Source: Ptychomitrium polyphyllum (taxonomy: Eukaryota). From it: a DNA stretch of 64,000 nt. The notes below the pieces were generated by a model. The model was not told the DNA's origin. It made no database searches and worked only from the letters and a program-made list of their open reading frames with translations. Positions 38,240 to 51,889 of the stretch are shown in pieces; positions within the stretch are counted from its first letter, which is position 1; every line of letters begins with the position of its first letter. The translations under genes and the position numbers were made by a program. The DNA is taken from assembly GCA_973851085.1 (NCBI GenBank), contig OZ316776.1, forward strand, positions 8,742,001-8,806,000. The letters run 5' to 3'.

Positions 38240-41000
38240 TCATTTCGCATTTTGCAACAATTTCTGGATGCAGTTAGAAAGTACTCCAGGAGGTGGCCAG
38301 TTTTCCTGATGTCCATAGAGCGTCTTCTATAAGTTCAAATTTTACACGACCTAGGGAGCCAAAAGGATTAAACTTTGCATTCTTTAAACAAGTTCGTATA
38401 TGTACAGGGAGTATGAGGAGAAACAGATTTTCGTTCTAATGCATAACTACTGTATTCTTTGTCGATATTAGGAATAGCTGAAACTGTTCAAATAATGCAC
38501 AAGGAATATTCTCCTGAGTGTGATAAAATCTTTAGAAAAACTGTGCTTCTCAGTTGGTGGTCGACTGAAGGATGATGATCACCTTGAGAAGTTGGGACCT
38601 CACCAGAATTTTCAGATGCTCTGACCGCTGATTGCAATAACAAGAATCTCTGACGTCCAAGGAAGCTATCATAGGGCTTTCAGATTGACTTAACAAATTA
38701 GATTTTTGGGGCATAATTTGAAGATGTTTCCAAAATATTTGGTGTAGTTTCAGATTCTGGTGACGAGATTTGATTATTCTTCCATGAAACTGTATTTCTT
38801 ATTAAAGAGCGAATGCCGAATGTCGGAGTGCAGAATGCAGTCTAATATAATCTGATGAAGAGAGGGATCCTGTATCTCTTGGGACCAATATTAGCTGAAA
38901 GGTCAAATTATTGGTCGCCTTTCACTCAAAGCTGAATCAAAAGACGTGCCTTTAGTTTCTGTTTTGCATTCTTGAGGATTATACCATCTCTGGTTTGAAC
39001 AAGTAGAGGACGAAGCAAACACCTCTAAGTGCAATCAGAATTTGAGCCTCAAGGGAATATAGGGCAATCCACTTCCACCTGCAACTCCATCGCCTTGATT
39101 TCATGATGTTGCTTTAGTCCCCAAAAGAACGCCCTCCTGATCCCTGGAAGAGTAAAATTCTTCTATTTCCATCTAAGACAATAGCTATCCGTGGACAGAA
39201 GCCATGAACAAAAACTGTAGGCAACAACTGCAGCAAGAAGAGAACCTACAAGGTGATGAAACAAAGTGTTGAGCACAAGAACACAAAGACAGTTTGAGGA
39301 AGACACTCGAGTTCTCGACCCCTACAGCAAACCACTGCACCAAACGAGATGAAGAACGGTCTCTGACTCTCCAGTAACAGTGACAACCTGAGCTCGGAGC
39401 TCGTTCGACTGTCCGAGCTGGAAACTTCACCAAGTTACCGGTAAGAGTTACCAGGGATTCCATTCTGCGCAAGATTTGTTCCCAGTGCTCTTGACAGAAT
39501 TCAGCTGTGACGTATGACAGGATTACGCTTAGATCGGAGACAAGTTCCACTGAAAGTCTCAGCACGAGTGGAGTTTCTGTCGAGGTGACACATTCTGTAA
39601 CTGGTATAGTTTGCATCTCTCTGTCGCTATATACTGTGAGTTGCTTTCTGTATAACAGGATGTCGTCAAAACGAGGTAGTGCGCTAAAAATAGAAAGATG
39701 GAAATTCTTCGGACACTCTACTTACTGACATTGTGCAGGTTGCATTTTGCAACATTTGCAGTCCCGGGAGGTTGCCACTTTACTGATGTCCATAGATAGC
39801 CTCTTCGCTCAGAATATGAATCTTGGAGAGCCGAACGTCCTACAGCTAGAATGAGGATTCTTAGAACCTCATTTGAACTTCATAGTATGTAGCCTGAGAG
39901 TCTAGAGGGTAGTACGGGTAGTACAAACGTTCCCTCCTATGAATGTTTCGATACAAAGATCTCTTTTCATGAATGCCTACCGTGTTCTCTGTTGAAACCA
40001 GACTCAATTGAAACTCTTTTTGAGACTGTGCTGTCGATGCAAAAATGATTGGCAGATGAAAAAGTAGCAAACTATCACTTAGTCTTACAAAGAGCAGATT
40101 TAGTCGGGGCTGGATTTGATTGCACTTCGACAAAAGTACTTCCCAGCTGGTCGCAAAGGATGATAATAATGAGGACCAGCTTGCGACATCACTACAATTC
40201 AAGAGGTTGTGAACGCTAGTTGCAAAAGCAGGAGTTGAAAAATGGACCAAACCTGTCGACTGAAGACGTTATCATAATATCATCAAATACTCTGATTCTT
40301 TTATGTTCACCTACGAAGCCTTGTCTTATTTTGAGATCTCGACGTGATTAAGTTCGGTACTGAGTCAGTAATGCTGTTGCCGCAGACATTGCTCTACGGC
40401 TTCATTCGTTTCACCTGCGGACAAGGGACGACACCGTCGATGCACGCCATAGATCTCAGAGACTCAAATGCACATACGTGGATGATATTGGGACGGTATT
40501 GGGTATGCATTCGTCACCGTTGCAGGCAATTTTAGAAACGCAAATTGTAGCTTTCGAAAAAGTCGATGTCGTTCCAGAACACTGAGCCAATGGAAGAGAA
40601 GCGCACCAGTTCTTTATAATGTTTGTGGTTATACTTCATCTGGTTGAATATGCTTGTTGTGCAAGAGCGGATGCCAGTGTCGGACCCCAAAAATGACCAG
40701 AAAGCAGTATTATGCGATCTGGTAAAGTGAAGGATCCTGTGTCTCTCGGGACCAATTTCATCTCACACAGCTCCCAAATCAGCTGAGAAGTCAAATTATA
40801 GGTCCCCTTATCACTCACAAGATGGATAGACTGTTTGCAGATGGCTCCAAAACTCTTCAGAAACACGGACCAACTGTGATCAGACTCCCAAGCACTAGTT
40901 TCCAAAACTTGGTCTTTGACTACGTGTTCCCGAACAACGTGCTCATATTCTATGGCTATAAAGTCATCTGTCACGCCTCCGGCACGCAATACGAGGAGTT
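38240..41000 (-). pseudogene. Two diverged, decayed tandem copies of an unidentified gene-like sequence (copy A about 38240-38950, copy B about 39740-40990)
   Basis: Collinear shared anchors: gcattttgcaaca (38247/39742), ctgatgtccataga (38306/39783), gtcgactgaag (38560/40255), ggatcctgt(a/g)tctct(t/c)gggaccaat (38865/40732). Minus-strand translations share NLTxQLI...LVPRDTGS and YGHQ..W.PPG, interrupted by stops and frameshifts. Confidence 0.6.
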
Positions 41001-41604
41001 ATTTTGAAACACGGCACATTAAAACCAACAAAATATAGATAAACAGAAGCGTAATTCACTTTGTTGCAGTATCTTCGACCTCATAAGATCACTTCCCACC
41101 CACACCCTAACAAAGAAAACGAAGAACTCACAATTGGCCATTCAAGAATAGACTCTGCCTCAACTCGTCAAGATCAGCGATGGTACACCATCCCGCACAT
41201 CTTATTGAAGTCCTCCTTCCTGCCAAGCCTCCGAAGCACCAAACCCTAGCACACAAGTTAGACCTAGTCCTGAAACCCTAAGCTTAGATAACTACAGAAG
41301 CGCCCCATCAGGCTGGATACAATACGAGAGTACAACAACCTAGAAAGTAGGAATGAAGAAACCTAGATAGCGAAAATGCGGTAAGCTGCACATAGTAGCG
41401 CGGTCATGTGGTCACTCGGGACGCAGAGCCCGTGTGTGTGGACGACAACACCGGCGACAAATCAAACCTCGGAGACTAAAACCCTACCTGTGAGAGCACA
41501 AGCCCTTCCGCCGCCGACACGGATGGATGCGATTCGGTTGCCCTGCGGTGGATACCATCAGGGCTGACTCAGCCCGCAAACGAATCTCCTCATCCATTCA
41601 CATC

Positions 41605-41634
41605 CGGCGTCTCTGCCATCGGCGTCTCTGCCAT
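41605..41634. repeat. 15-bp tandem duplication containing a minus-strand ATG
   Basis: cggcgtctctgccat occurs twice. The minus strand reads ATG GCA GAG ACG CCG twice. Confidence 0.9.
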
Positions 41635-44461
41635 GATTGTGACGTCCGAGTGACATCAGTGCGTAACTTATCGTTTTCGTACACGAGTTAAAGACGATGT
41701 CAAAATGGCGCCAAAATTTCTTGAACTAAAAATGATATCAAGATGGATTGAAATTGGCATTTTCTGCAATTTTGATGTCATTCTAACTTATGCCATAACA
41801 GATGTCATTTGAACATCATTTTAACTTGTATCATTTTTTTGTCATTTTTACATTATTAAATTGTAAGTATTTTTGATGTAATTTTGATGTTCAAATGATT
41901 ATAAACTAATGTGGAGTATACCACACGTTTACTTTGACATCATATCCTTTACTAAAATGACACTAAAGAGATTGTTTGATGGCCTAGTGGTTCTTCTAAA
42001 GTAAAAGTTTTTAAGATAGAATTCATCCAAAGTTCTTATTTCTTATTTTTTTTAAAATGATTGAATTTTTTTTGTGTGCTAACTTATAAGACTATATTCA
42101 AGGAGTCATTATTACATTTTTTAATAATCATTTATTGTTGAAAATTTTCATACCTAAGGTAAGATGAAATTGCTTTAAATGCCAAAGAATGTTATATATG
42201 AGCTTAAATTTATTTTTTTATACATACATATTTTGTATCTTTGCAAATGTATTATGAAAAAATATTATATAAATTAATGTATTAATTGATTATTATAGAA
42301 TTAAAATAAATTAGAGAACAGAAACTTTTTTTGTTATTCTATACAAAAAAATTCATTTTAAAGAACTACTATTGAAAAGAATTATTTAAAAAATTGATTG
42401 GTGACGAATTCAATATTTATATTCAGTCAATGTGTAGGTTTTAGAAACTAGAGTGGATCAAATTGGCTAAAATTAAAAACATTCCATAATTAATTTTTAT
42501 TTATTTATGAATCTATAGATTTTTAATAAATAAAAAATATTTCAATATTTTTATTACATATTTTTGTACCATTGACCACATTGAGCCTTCACTTGGTCCA
42601 ATTTCATTAAAAAAGTTGTTTCTTATAAAATAAAAAATGTCCAAAATCAGATTTCTTTATATTAAATTCCTTATAAAATCTACATCATCAACAAAATTGA
42701 TGCAATACTTTCAATGCAATAACAAGGCTTGATTTGGAATTTAATAAAATATCTTTTAATGAATTGAATCCAAATAAAGGTTTAATGTGATAATAGTATA
42801 AAAATTAAAAAACTACCTTCATATATATTTTTTTGTTAGAAGCTTTCCAACTAAAAACATTCTAATTAAACTTTTGAATTAAAAAATTAAAAAAACATTA
42901 CAAATAATCAAAAAAATTAAAATTAAATATACAAACAAATAAACAAATGTTTTTCTTTTGTATGTAGAATTTAAGGTATATTTTATTAAGGTACTAAAAA
43001 TTGTTCATCAATATAAATAAGTATTAGAAACAAAATTCTAGATGTACAAGATTTATAAAATGGTTACAACCTAATGTATATGTATAATACATGTAATAGC
43101 AATAGTTGTTAATTACGAATTAAAGACATAATCTTTGTTTGCTTAATTTGTCCTTCTTGTTTTTGAAGATGCAATTGCAAATCATACTATATATATTGTA
43201 ATATTAATTTAGAGTTGATGGATCAAGACCATGGGATGTTGAATGAAGAGACTCTTTATATACACCAACTATTGGAGTAAGATTTCCACTCTTTGTGCAA
43301 ATGATATGAAGGCATAATATGAAATTGTAGATTTGTTGGTATGATGTAATCATGTCAATATGTAACTATGATGGATATAATGTGAACTAGTGAAGATGTT
43401 AGTGAAATGCATGATTCTAACAAAACATTCTATATATAAGAAGACTTCCATAGTAATATACATATTGTAAGGACTAATCATTTAAAAAAGTTATTATTGC
43501 AAAAAAAAACAAATATTAATCTTTCATTAAAAGTGTAATATAAAAAGATGGAATGTCGCACTATTTATAATAATTACTTGTGAAGCTAATGTTTTGATGA
43601 AAATTCTAAAAGAAACATTTTTAATCTTTGAAACAAATATATATTAGCACCTTAATCATATACATGATGCTATATTTATTTTTCTTTATAAAAAAGGGCT
43701 TGAATATAAATATTTATTCCTAGTTCACAAGATCTATTATAGATTATAATAAAGGTTTAGATAGTGATGAAAATGATTTCTATTAATTAGTGTTCAAGGA
43801 CCTTATCATATACTATAAGATAAGAATGTTGATTCCTACAAATTATTTTTGTGCTAGGCATTGGTCACTCAACAATGCCAAGTCATTATTATGGTTTATG
43901 GTTTTTATTTTGAAAATAAATATCAAATAATCAATTCATTTATTCTTTTGTTTCATTGTTTTAAGATTTTAACCATTATAAGATAATTGAAAAAGATTTT
44001 CAAATCTTTTGAAATTCCCAAAGTTAATACAAATTTTCTAAAAATGGCCTTTGAACTATGGACATAATTCATGCATGTCAATGTAATTTCAACAAAATTA
44101 AGTTCAAACTCAATATTTGACGTAAACATGTATATTCAATCAACATTGAGCTTACGGTTTAGTAACCACCTTTTACAACTAAACAAGTTTGTATAAGTTG
44201 TATTCTTTGGTTTTTACCTACTTATTATTGGTTATTAGTTAAAAACGTCCACTCTAAAAATAGAAGAATTATATACCAATATCATATTTTTTATCAATAT
44301 AGCCTAAAACAAATATGTCTCCTATCAATCAAAGATAGAACAAAATAACACATAATTTATACCAATTCTCTCGAGGAACAAAACGTCTTCTTGTGGTTAT
44401 ATAAAATAGATTTTATAAAGATGGATCTTATCTAAAGTCTCTACAATGTAATCATCATTCA

Positions 44462-44606
44462 TAGCAATTTGAGTCCCTATAGTTCCTAGCAATTTGAGTC
44501 CCTATAGTTCCTAGCAATTTGAGTCCCTATAGTTCCTAGCAATTTGAGTCCCTATAGTTCCTAGCAATTTGAGTCCCTATAGTTCCTAGCAATTTGAGTC
44601 CCTATA
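44462..44606. repeat. Perfect 25-bp minisatellite, 5 full copies plus a 20-bp partial copy
   Basis: tagcaatttgagtccctatagttcc is repeated head-to-tail with no spacers and no mismatches. Confidence 0.97.
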
Positions 44607-45080
44607 ATACATCATATTCCGTTCCATTGTGGGGGAAACTACAACTGTGGGAGTGGATTGCAGAATGTCATGACTGAGCTGCAACACTTGTGTGCTGAGA
44701 CTGCACGACGTTGTCCTCCTAATAATACAAAAGTCTACTGATTTTAGGATTCCTACTCGCTGAATGCTACATACCTGTCATTGGTAATGACAGAAGGACC
44801 ACACCATTGTGCCCGAGGTGAACACAATCTGTGCTCACTGAAGCCCGACAACACTTGCAAGTGCAGGATCCATACACAAGATCACTCAACTACTGGGTTT
44901 TCATTCAAGCGGTTGGAGGCAAAATCACTATAATACATACGATACTGGTTGGTGGAGTTTAGTTTCATCACAACAGGTCTGCCTAGGTAGGAGACTCTCA
45001 TCCTAAAACTGCTGTAAAAAGCTCAAGGCTAACAAAATCTTACTGGTTCAGAGTTGCATGAATGATCGCATCCAATCAAC

Positions 45081-48000
45081 CTAGATATGGATTCTATTTG
45101 GGGAGGATGGCTGGGGTAGGTTGTAAAATGAGCGAGTGCGCATCATGAACCAGAGGTTTAGAAGGGCACTGAGAGCGCATAAGAAGGCAAGAACAAGGAG
45201 TGATGAGCGGAAGCATCGGGTGCCCATGCAGGTATTCTCTGCAACGAAGTGCAGGGCCTGGCTTCTGTAGATGGCAGCTTGCTTGTCGTATAAAACTCCA
45301 ACCACTTTGGAAGATAGTAAGTAGGCACCCATTGGGGCAGTGGCACTGCATCATCATAAAATTGTAAACTACAAGACAAAATAATGGAAGCTTGACTGGC
45401 AGGCACATCTAAAGTGGCTGGAATAAGCAATTCCCATGGAATCTAAAAACAGACCTAGAAACACCTACCCCAATGAAAACTATTTGTAGATATTGGATGT
45501 TTCAGAAAACCAACCTGTCGAAGTATCTCTACCTTGTTCAGTGTGAAATGAAGGAACATCAATCTGGTGCAGCAAGACTATATAGGAAGAGGGGTGAGTA
45601 GAAACTTACGAGTTTATCTTGTACAAAGTAGCAAAATGTTCAAGACCAAACACTTCAGCAAGAATGGGAGGTTGGATGCTCCAATGCGAGCCATACGCCA
45701 TGCCTACCATGCAGGATCCTAGGTATAAAAATGGCACCCCTGCACAATGAAGCATTACGTTAAACAGAGAATTTACAAAGGATGGATCTATTACCACATA
45801 AGTAAGCAATCGTCAATCCAATTCATATGTTCACACGGTTCTGTTAATAACTAAATGTGATCAAATCTCAATGTCATGGATCAGTTCTAAAGCGACAGAA
45901 TCTAAAATTAAAATAGAAGCATGTCTAGACTTACAGCCTGTTGAGAGTAGAAGACAGCATAGGCACATCAAGAGTTGCGCCAAAAGCAAGCAGAATGGCC
46001 TCGAATACCCCCATTTCAAGAGAAAATCTGACCCGTATCTACACCACAAACAAAACGCAACATTCATTTTCAGGCAGTTTTAATAATACAAGTGATACAG
46101 CTGTACCACAAAAAGATTTCTACCTCTATTAATTACTTCAAGTCCAAGGAACTCATGATGCCCAGAAATATGTGATTCAACACATGGAAAATGAAGTTTG
46201 CATTCAGACAACACAACGGCGCAAAAGTCTAAAAATTAAGCTAGCTATGTGCGTACCCTCCCAGTAAGCGGCCAAAGCAGCTCCAAACGCTTATGAGCCC
46301 CACGTAAACATCTACTTGCCCGTCTCCTAATGCCTGTCCAATCTGTCAAGAACGAAGACAAGAGGCTGCTTGAACATCATCGTTGATTATCTTTGTCAAA
46401 ATGACATAAGGGTCACTCGGCTTGCAAGTAAATATACGAAGTAAATATAGTTAGCAGTTAAAGAGATTAAGGGCAAAGAATGACCTGGGCAAAGTTGTTG
46501 ATAATGGCTAGGCCAGTGCCGCCACCAACCATGATCACCACCGTTATCAACCTGCAGCATCCATGCACAACTTATGAATGATTTTCTAAGCTTGTGAAAA
46601 TGAGTTCAGTGAGACCGTTTTTTCAATTTAAGAGAATAACTAAAGGTTTAATTACAAAGGGGAGTTCAAAAAGATCTGAGGATCAGTGAGAATATTCTGA
46701 ACTAAGAGCTCTTACCAGAAATCGATGCAAAGTAGGCTCGACCTCAAAGAGTGTTGCAGGGGCTTCTCCGTTTCATTTCTGCCCCCTTTGAAAACCAAGA
46801 TGTCATCCTCACTGTCCACGTCAGATGAACTCATGAAAGCTGCTGACTCTTCACCTTCGTGAATATCTTCCAACTCAGGTCGGAAAGGCTTCTTCCTGTA
46901 CCGAAACCCTTGCCTTGAGAAATCTTTGAGATTGGTCCCTTCCACTACATCATCACCTCCGTCACAACTAAAGTAAGAGGAAAACAAGTCCAGCGGTTTT
47001 CGTATAAGCTGTCATCACAAACACATGAAGCCCAATTAATATGATGACCCCAAGACAGAACTTAGAACAATTTGCATTAAAACTCAGAATCATTATTTCT
47101 GATAATCTATAGTAAATTAGCATTTATAACTAGAGTAAACATTTAGCACCACACGTAGATATTGCAGAGGAACAGACACTTGAGAATGGAAGAGGAGAAT
47201 TATGTACCGGAATAGTGAACATAACCGAAGCAAAAATAAACATGATCGCCAAGTAGAACGCAAGTACAGGTCTTCCTGGATGTAAAAGAGCCTGTCAATC
47301 CAGTAGTTTACTCTCAGAAATTTGAAGGGTTTGTCCTTGCACAACCTCGATAATTGCGCTCAGTGTCTAATTTGCTAGATAAGACTGCACTTACACGAAC
47401 CAAAAACCATAACCTACAGTAGATTTTCATTTTTATTGTGTACACAAAGGTCTACCTAGTTGAAAGAGAGTGTTGACATAGTGAAAGAGTCTTACCCTGA
47501 TGGTGATCACGACCATAAGAAAGATTCCAAGAGAAATCAGCACCCCCTGCACTCACAGAAAGATTATCATTTTTTTGCATTGATATAAAAAACAATCTGC
47601 AGGTCCAGGATAGTATTGGTCGGTTGAAGAAAAAAAACAGTCGATACTTACGTAGGTCAGGCGAAATCGCTGTCTGATATCCTCAGCGTCGTCGTCTTGA
47701 TACTCAGGAGAAAAAGGTCTTGTGAAGTATGCGAGGGCAAAGCCAGCAATTGATGGTGCAAGAGCAACCAAGAGAATATACCGATTTACATCCGGCTCAA
47801 TAAAAACCTCGTAAATCTGAATATAAACGAGTTAGATAAACAGAAATGTAAATGATTCCATGAATTTCCATGCAAGAGAATCAAGCATCTTAAATGCGAA
47901 CATTCCTACCAGGACGAACATGGCGCCACTAAGTCCCACTTGTGCTTTCAGAAGGCCCATTGCGGTTCCCCGGTGGTCTCCGAAGCTTTCTAAGCTGTGC

Positions 48001-49373
48001 AAGTACACATTCTATTAGATAAATTCAAAATAGTTGGCGAAAAGCTGAACAAATTGAATAGCTGAGCAGCCGTCAACATGAGGACACACCGGATACTGTA
48101 AAATGGCTACTCTTACAGAGGCACCTGGAAGAGCAGCCATTTCTTAACTTTCGTTATGACTTCTATGTGTTTACTACAGCAGTGGTTACAGTCTGGTCGA
48201 ATTGATCCTGTGCCTCAACAAGAAGTTGGCTTGTATGTAAGATCTGCAATAAGAGTATCGTTTAAGCCCAAACACATTGTGTTTGAATTCTTGGCAGGAC
48301 TTCAACTGCAGTTTGGTGAAAAATATGGGAGGTTACTTACGTTGTTATAATGCAGCCAGTATCTATGTAGCTGTCCCCGCCGACACCAAGAGTAAAATAT
48401 GTACAAAGCTACCTTTCCAAATCAACATGCAGCGCTGCTCGATTAGTTTCTGATTAAACAGATATGTTTTTTCACTCGCTCTCACAAAAAGAGCCTCACA
48501 TTCAACACACATTCATTAAATATATTACACTGATTTATCAGCTCACGAAATATGAAGAATAATCGAAGTTGGGATCGAGGTTAGCACTTACAAGCCAGAA
48601 TGAAGGTGTCACGATTCCAACAAGGGTCATCCAAACCTGAACAAACGTTTCTGATTTTTAGCATCAAGATCAACCGAAATATCGAAATAAGGTAAGTTCA
48701 AGATATTCTTTCTCAGCATTGTACGACATACTATTGAACGCCAATTTCCTTGTCAAATTGTGTATAGTCATTATTGACCAAAGGAACAAACTCATAAACT
48801 GCCATTTGAACGAAGGGACAATACCATGCTATATCCAAATAGGTGGAGGAGGGCGCCAATGCAAATGGTGACCCAGGGTGGGTAATAATTGTAAAAAAAA
48901 CCAGAGAAAAGACCCAGAACAGATCCAAAATCCTTTGCAGCTCCCACATCGTCTGTTTGTTCTTGTGTGTAGTGGAGAACTTCTTTCAAATGACCACTGT
49001 AAACTGCGTACGTGTATGTAAGGCCTCCACAAGCCTGTTCAAGGAAAAGAAAACACAATAAAAGGTATTCTACATATCCAACAAAAAGGAGTCACCAATT
49101 GTAAGTTCGGTTCATGCTGCATATATCTAGTTATTTTGAGCGATTATATTTGAGATGAAAGGAACGATTATCTCTCCAGAAAGATAAAATATGAAGGAAA
49201 CAGGTTTCAAAAATAAGTCACAGCACAAAGCCAAACTAAAGCCACGAAAAGGAAGCGTTGTATTGATTTCGAAGTCAGAAAATTACCATGATAATCATAT
49301 TGGTAGAGAGACCCAGCCATCGATCTACTCGGGGCACACAGCGCCTCGGTTTTGGATCCATGCTGAACTCCAT
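45081..49373 (-). CDS. Nodulin-like / NFD4-type major facilitator superfamily membrane protein, 14 exons: about 49373-49287, 49034-48825, 48636-48592, 48408-48341, 47994-47910, 47816-47652, 47546-47496, 47291-47208, 47008-46716, 46551-46485, 46342-46257, 46038-45935, 45739-45610, 45345-45081
   Basis: The spliced translation reads DRWLGLSTNMIIM|ACGGLTYTYAVYSGHLKEVLHYTQEQTDDVGAAKDFGSVLGLFSG...YSM|VWM...|LCTYFTLGVGGDSYIDTGCIITT...HRGTAMGLLKAQVGLSGAMF...IDFW...GLAIINNFAQIG...EVFGLEHFATLY...CMGTRCFRSS. This matches the Nodulin-like + MFS architecture. Confidence 0.92.
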
Positions 49374-51889
49374 TGCACTTAACTGAGTAGAAACAATCAG
49401 ATTGTAAGACAAGCAAATAGTGTTATGTTCTGGACACTTAGCCACATACCCTACTCGAAAGGCGGTTTTGTAAATAACTAAACAAACTTTGAAAATCGTC
49501 CAAAATTCTTCCAAAAGTTGATAAACTTGTTCAATCCAAAAAATTTAGAAAATATTATATTTTATAACTGTATAGTTTGTAACCCAAACCCAAAAATAGA
49601 GAATATTCGAAAATCCCCAAAATTTCTAATACGGTGTCCGAAGTGTCTAAACTTAAAAAGAAATCATTTCAACACTAGGTGTTTGAAGCTGCCTTCCCCA
49701 CACGGTAGTGCGTTACCTCGTCAGTAGGGCTTACAAGGAATACAATAGAGCCAGTAAACGCAATTTTGTCAAAAGTTTGCAAGACTTGAAATTGTGAACC
49801 GGGAATCCTTGAATTAAAAAGTTGCATTAGTGCACGTTAAAGGAGAGTGAGAAGGGGGATCATTGAGAACTTCCAATCAAAGCGAAGAAAGATTACTGCA
49901 AAACGATAAACCGTGCAGCAGGGTCGTGCTCCTACATGCTATGGCTCTCCATGACTGTCAAGCTCAATCTCCACTGGTTTTCCAACCATTCACTCCTGTC
50001 AGCCAATTATTCACACCTGCAAATAACAAAATTGACCAGGTAAGAGTACCGTAAAGACCAAAATCCTCAGGCCTTGGGAACAAATGCAGTGTTGGTTACT
50101 TCACAGGGTCAACTTGACCACAAAATTCAATCAAGACAAATTAATCCTGTGACTAAAACATCGTCACAGATTGAAAACCGTGCCAAGGTCCTCCTCACAA
50201 GAACTGACCTTCCTATTCCTAGATTGACTCTGGTAAGACAAAGGACATTTCTCTAATTTAACCCACGCTCACGTACCAATATTATAATCTGACTAGAATA
50301 AGCATCCTTCTCAGACTCGCATAACGTTCGAATCTGCTCCGATCAGCACAGACAAGTATTTCTCTATTAATGCTAACAAAGTGGGCAAAACAAAACAGAC
50401 CGTTCCAACACCTTCTCTCACCTTCATATGAAGCAGCCTCAACCTCTCCTCACTTATACTACAGAGCAGTAGCATTTTCAAAGCGTCCCACTCAGAAAAC
50501 CATACGTAAAGGCTCAGATCAGAAACAGCGCATCAATCTAATTAAACTTACCAACAGTCGGATTCTAGAAAGAGAAGAAACCGAGACGAAACACAAACTA
50601 AGAAGCTTACAGAGTGGTGGTGGAGAGCACTCCCACTTCACTGCATAGATCCTCCTTGCCCTGACGCACCAAAACGGAGACCTAATCATCATAGCTGCTG
50701 GAAGCTCATCAAAGTCAAAACAACCAAGAGAGACCTTAACCTCCCATTCCGGTTCTCTCTTCTCCGCGTCCTCCGTATCAAAGCCACCATCCCCAGCCAC
50801 GCCCAGCTGCTTCTCGAATCCACCCCACCTCTCCTCCAGCCACGATTCTGCAAATCCGCTCCAAAGACTCTACTTTGTCTGCTTTTGCTCAAATAAGAGG
50901 AAACAGTGAACTCCACCCGCTTTTTCAGACCAGCGTGGGTCAGGAGCCTTCAAAGCAGTAATATACACAACATAAATCGCACCACACACTGCCGATGCGC
51001 TCATTGAATGAACCGAGCCAACACACAATCCTCGTTCCCAGCTGCCCAGCACCAACCCTGGAATTCAATATAAAAAGCTCACTGACCAGCCAGTTGTTGA
51101 CTTCCGTCCTGTGATCTACAGTGCAGTGACGCTAGTGCTATTCGGCAAGGGACTAAAGCGCGGCACACGCTGGCAACCCCCAATCGAAGGCGCCGCATTA
51201 ATGCCCAATCTATAACTCGCCGACATGAAACATCCCTTTCGAAGAACCTGAAATAGCCCAATCTGTGTCGTTATGGCCCGGAAACTGAGAATTATTGCAG
51301 TCACAGCGAAATCAGCCGATCTGTCCGCAACCGAACTCTCGAACGCAGCTCGCTGATTGACTGGAACTGCAGATTCTTCTGCAGTCGAGACTCCCAAACC
51401 TGGGATGTGGGATTGATATCCATCTGGCGGGTATGCGTACGAAAATGGGAATCAACCAAAGGTATTCTTGCAGCGACGTCCTGGTAGGCGCCGCAGCGCA
51501 TGGCCACTTGGCGCATGATGAGGTTAGGAATGACACTTGTTTACATTCGAGAGTGGGGAGATACCATTTTGCGGGATTCGGGAAGTATTTTCACTCGTCG
51601 ACCTTAACATTTGGGGCAATGCAAGAGGCAAGTGTGCATTTATAGTTTAGTGTTCTTCGAGTTTAGGTTTTCTGTACCTGTTTTGTACAAGGTGGTGCTG
51701 TGTTCTTGTTGGAGTTCACAGGAAGTTACAGAGCTCCACTGGCTTGCAGTGTGGGGAGAGTCGTTGCAGTGATTTGCTCATCTGGTTTTTAGTGGTGGGA
51801 TATTTTTGTGTTTGTTGTGAGAGAGGGAGTTTGGGGTTAAGGGAAGCGTGGAGGTGGATCTGTGAAGTTGATTCAAGGTTAGCATCATC

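Noticed and set aside
41241..41486. Interstitial telomere
   Set aside because: These are isolated single AAACCCTA motifs, not a tandem array. They are better read as telo-boxes or intron-start motifs.
41978..41995. tRNA A-box-like tggcctagtggtt or a Helitron CTAG end
   Set aside because: There is no B-box or stems, and no convincing GC hairpin before the CTAG.
44462..44606. CRISPR-like array
   Set aside because: The units are contiguous with no unique spacers, no cas genes are present, and the context is eukaryotic. It is a minisatellite.
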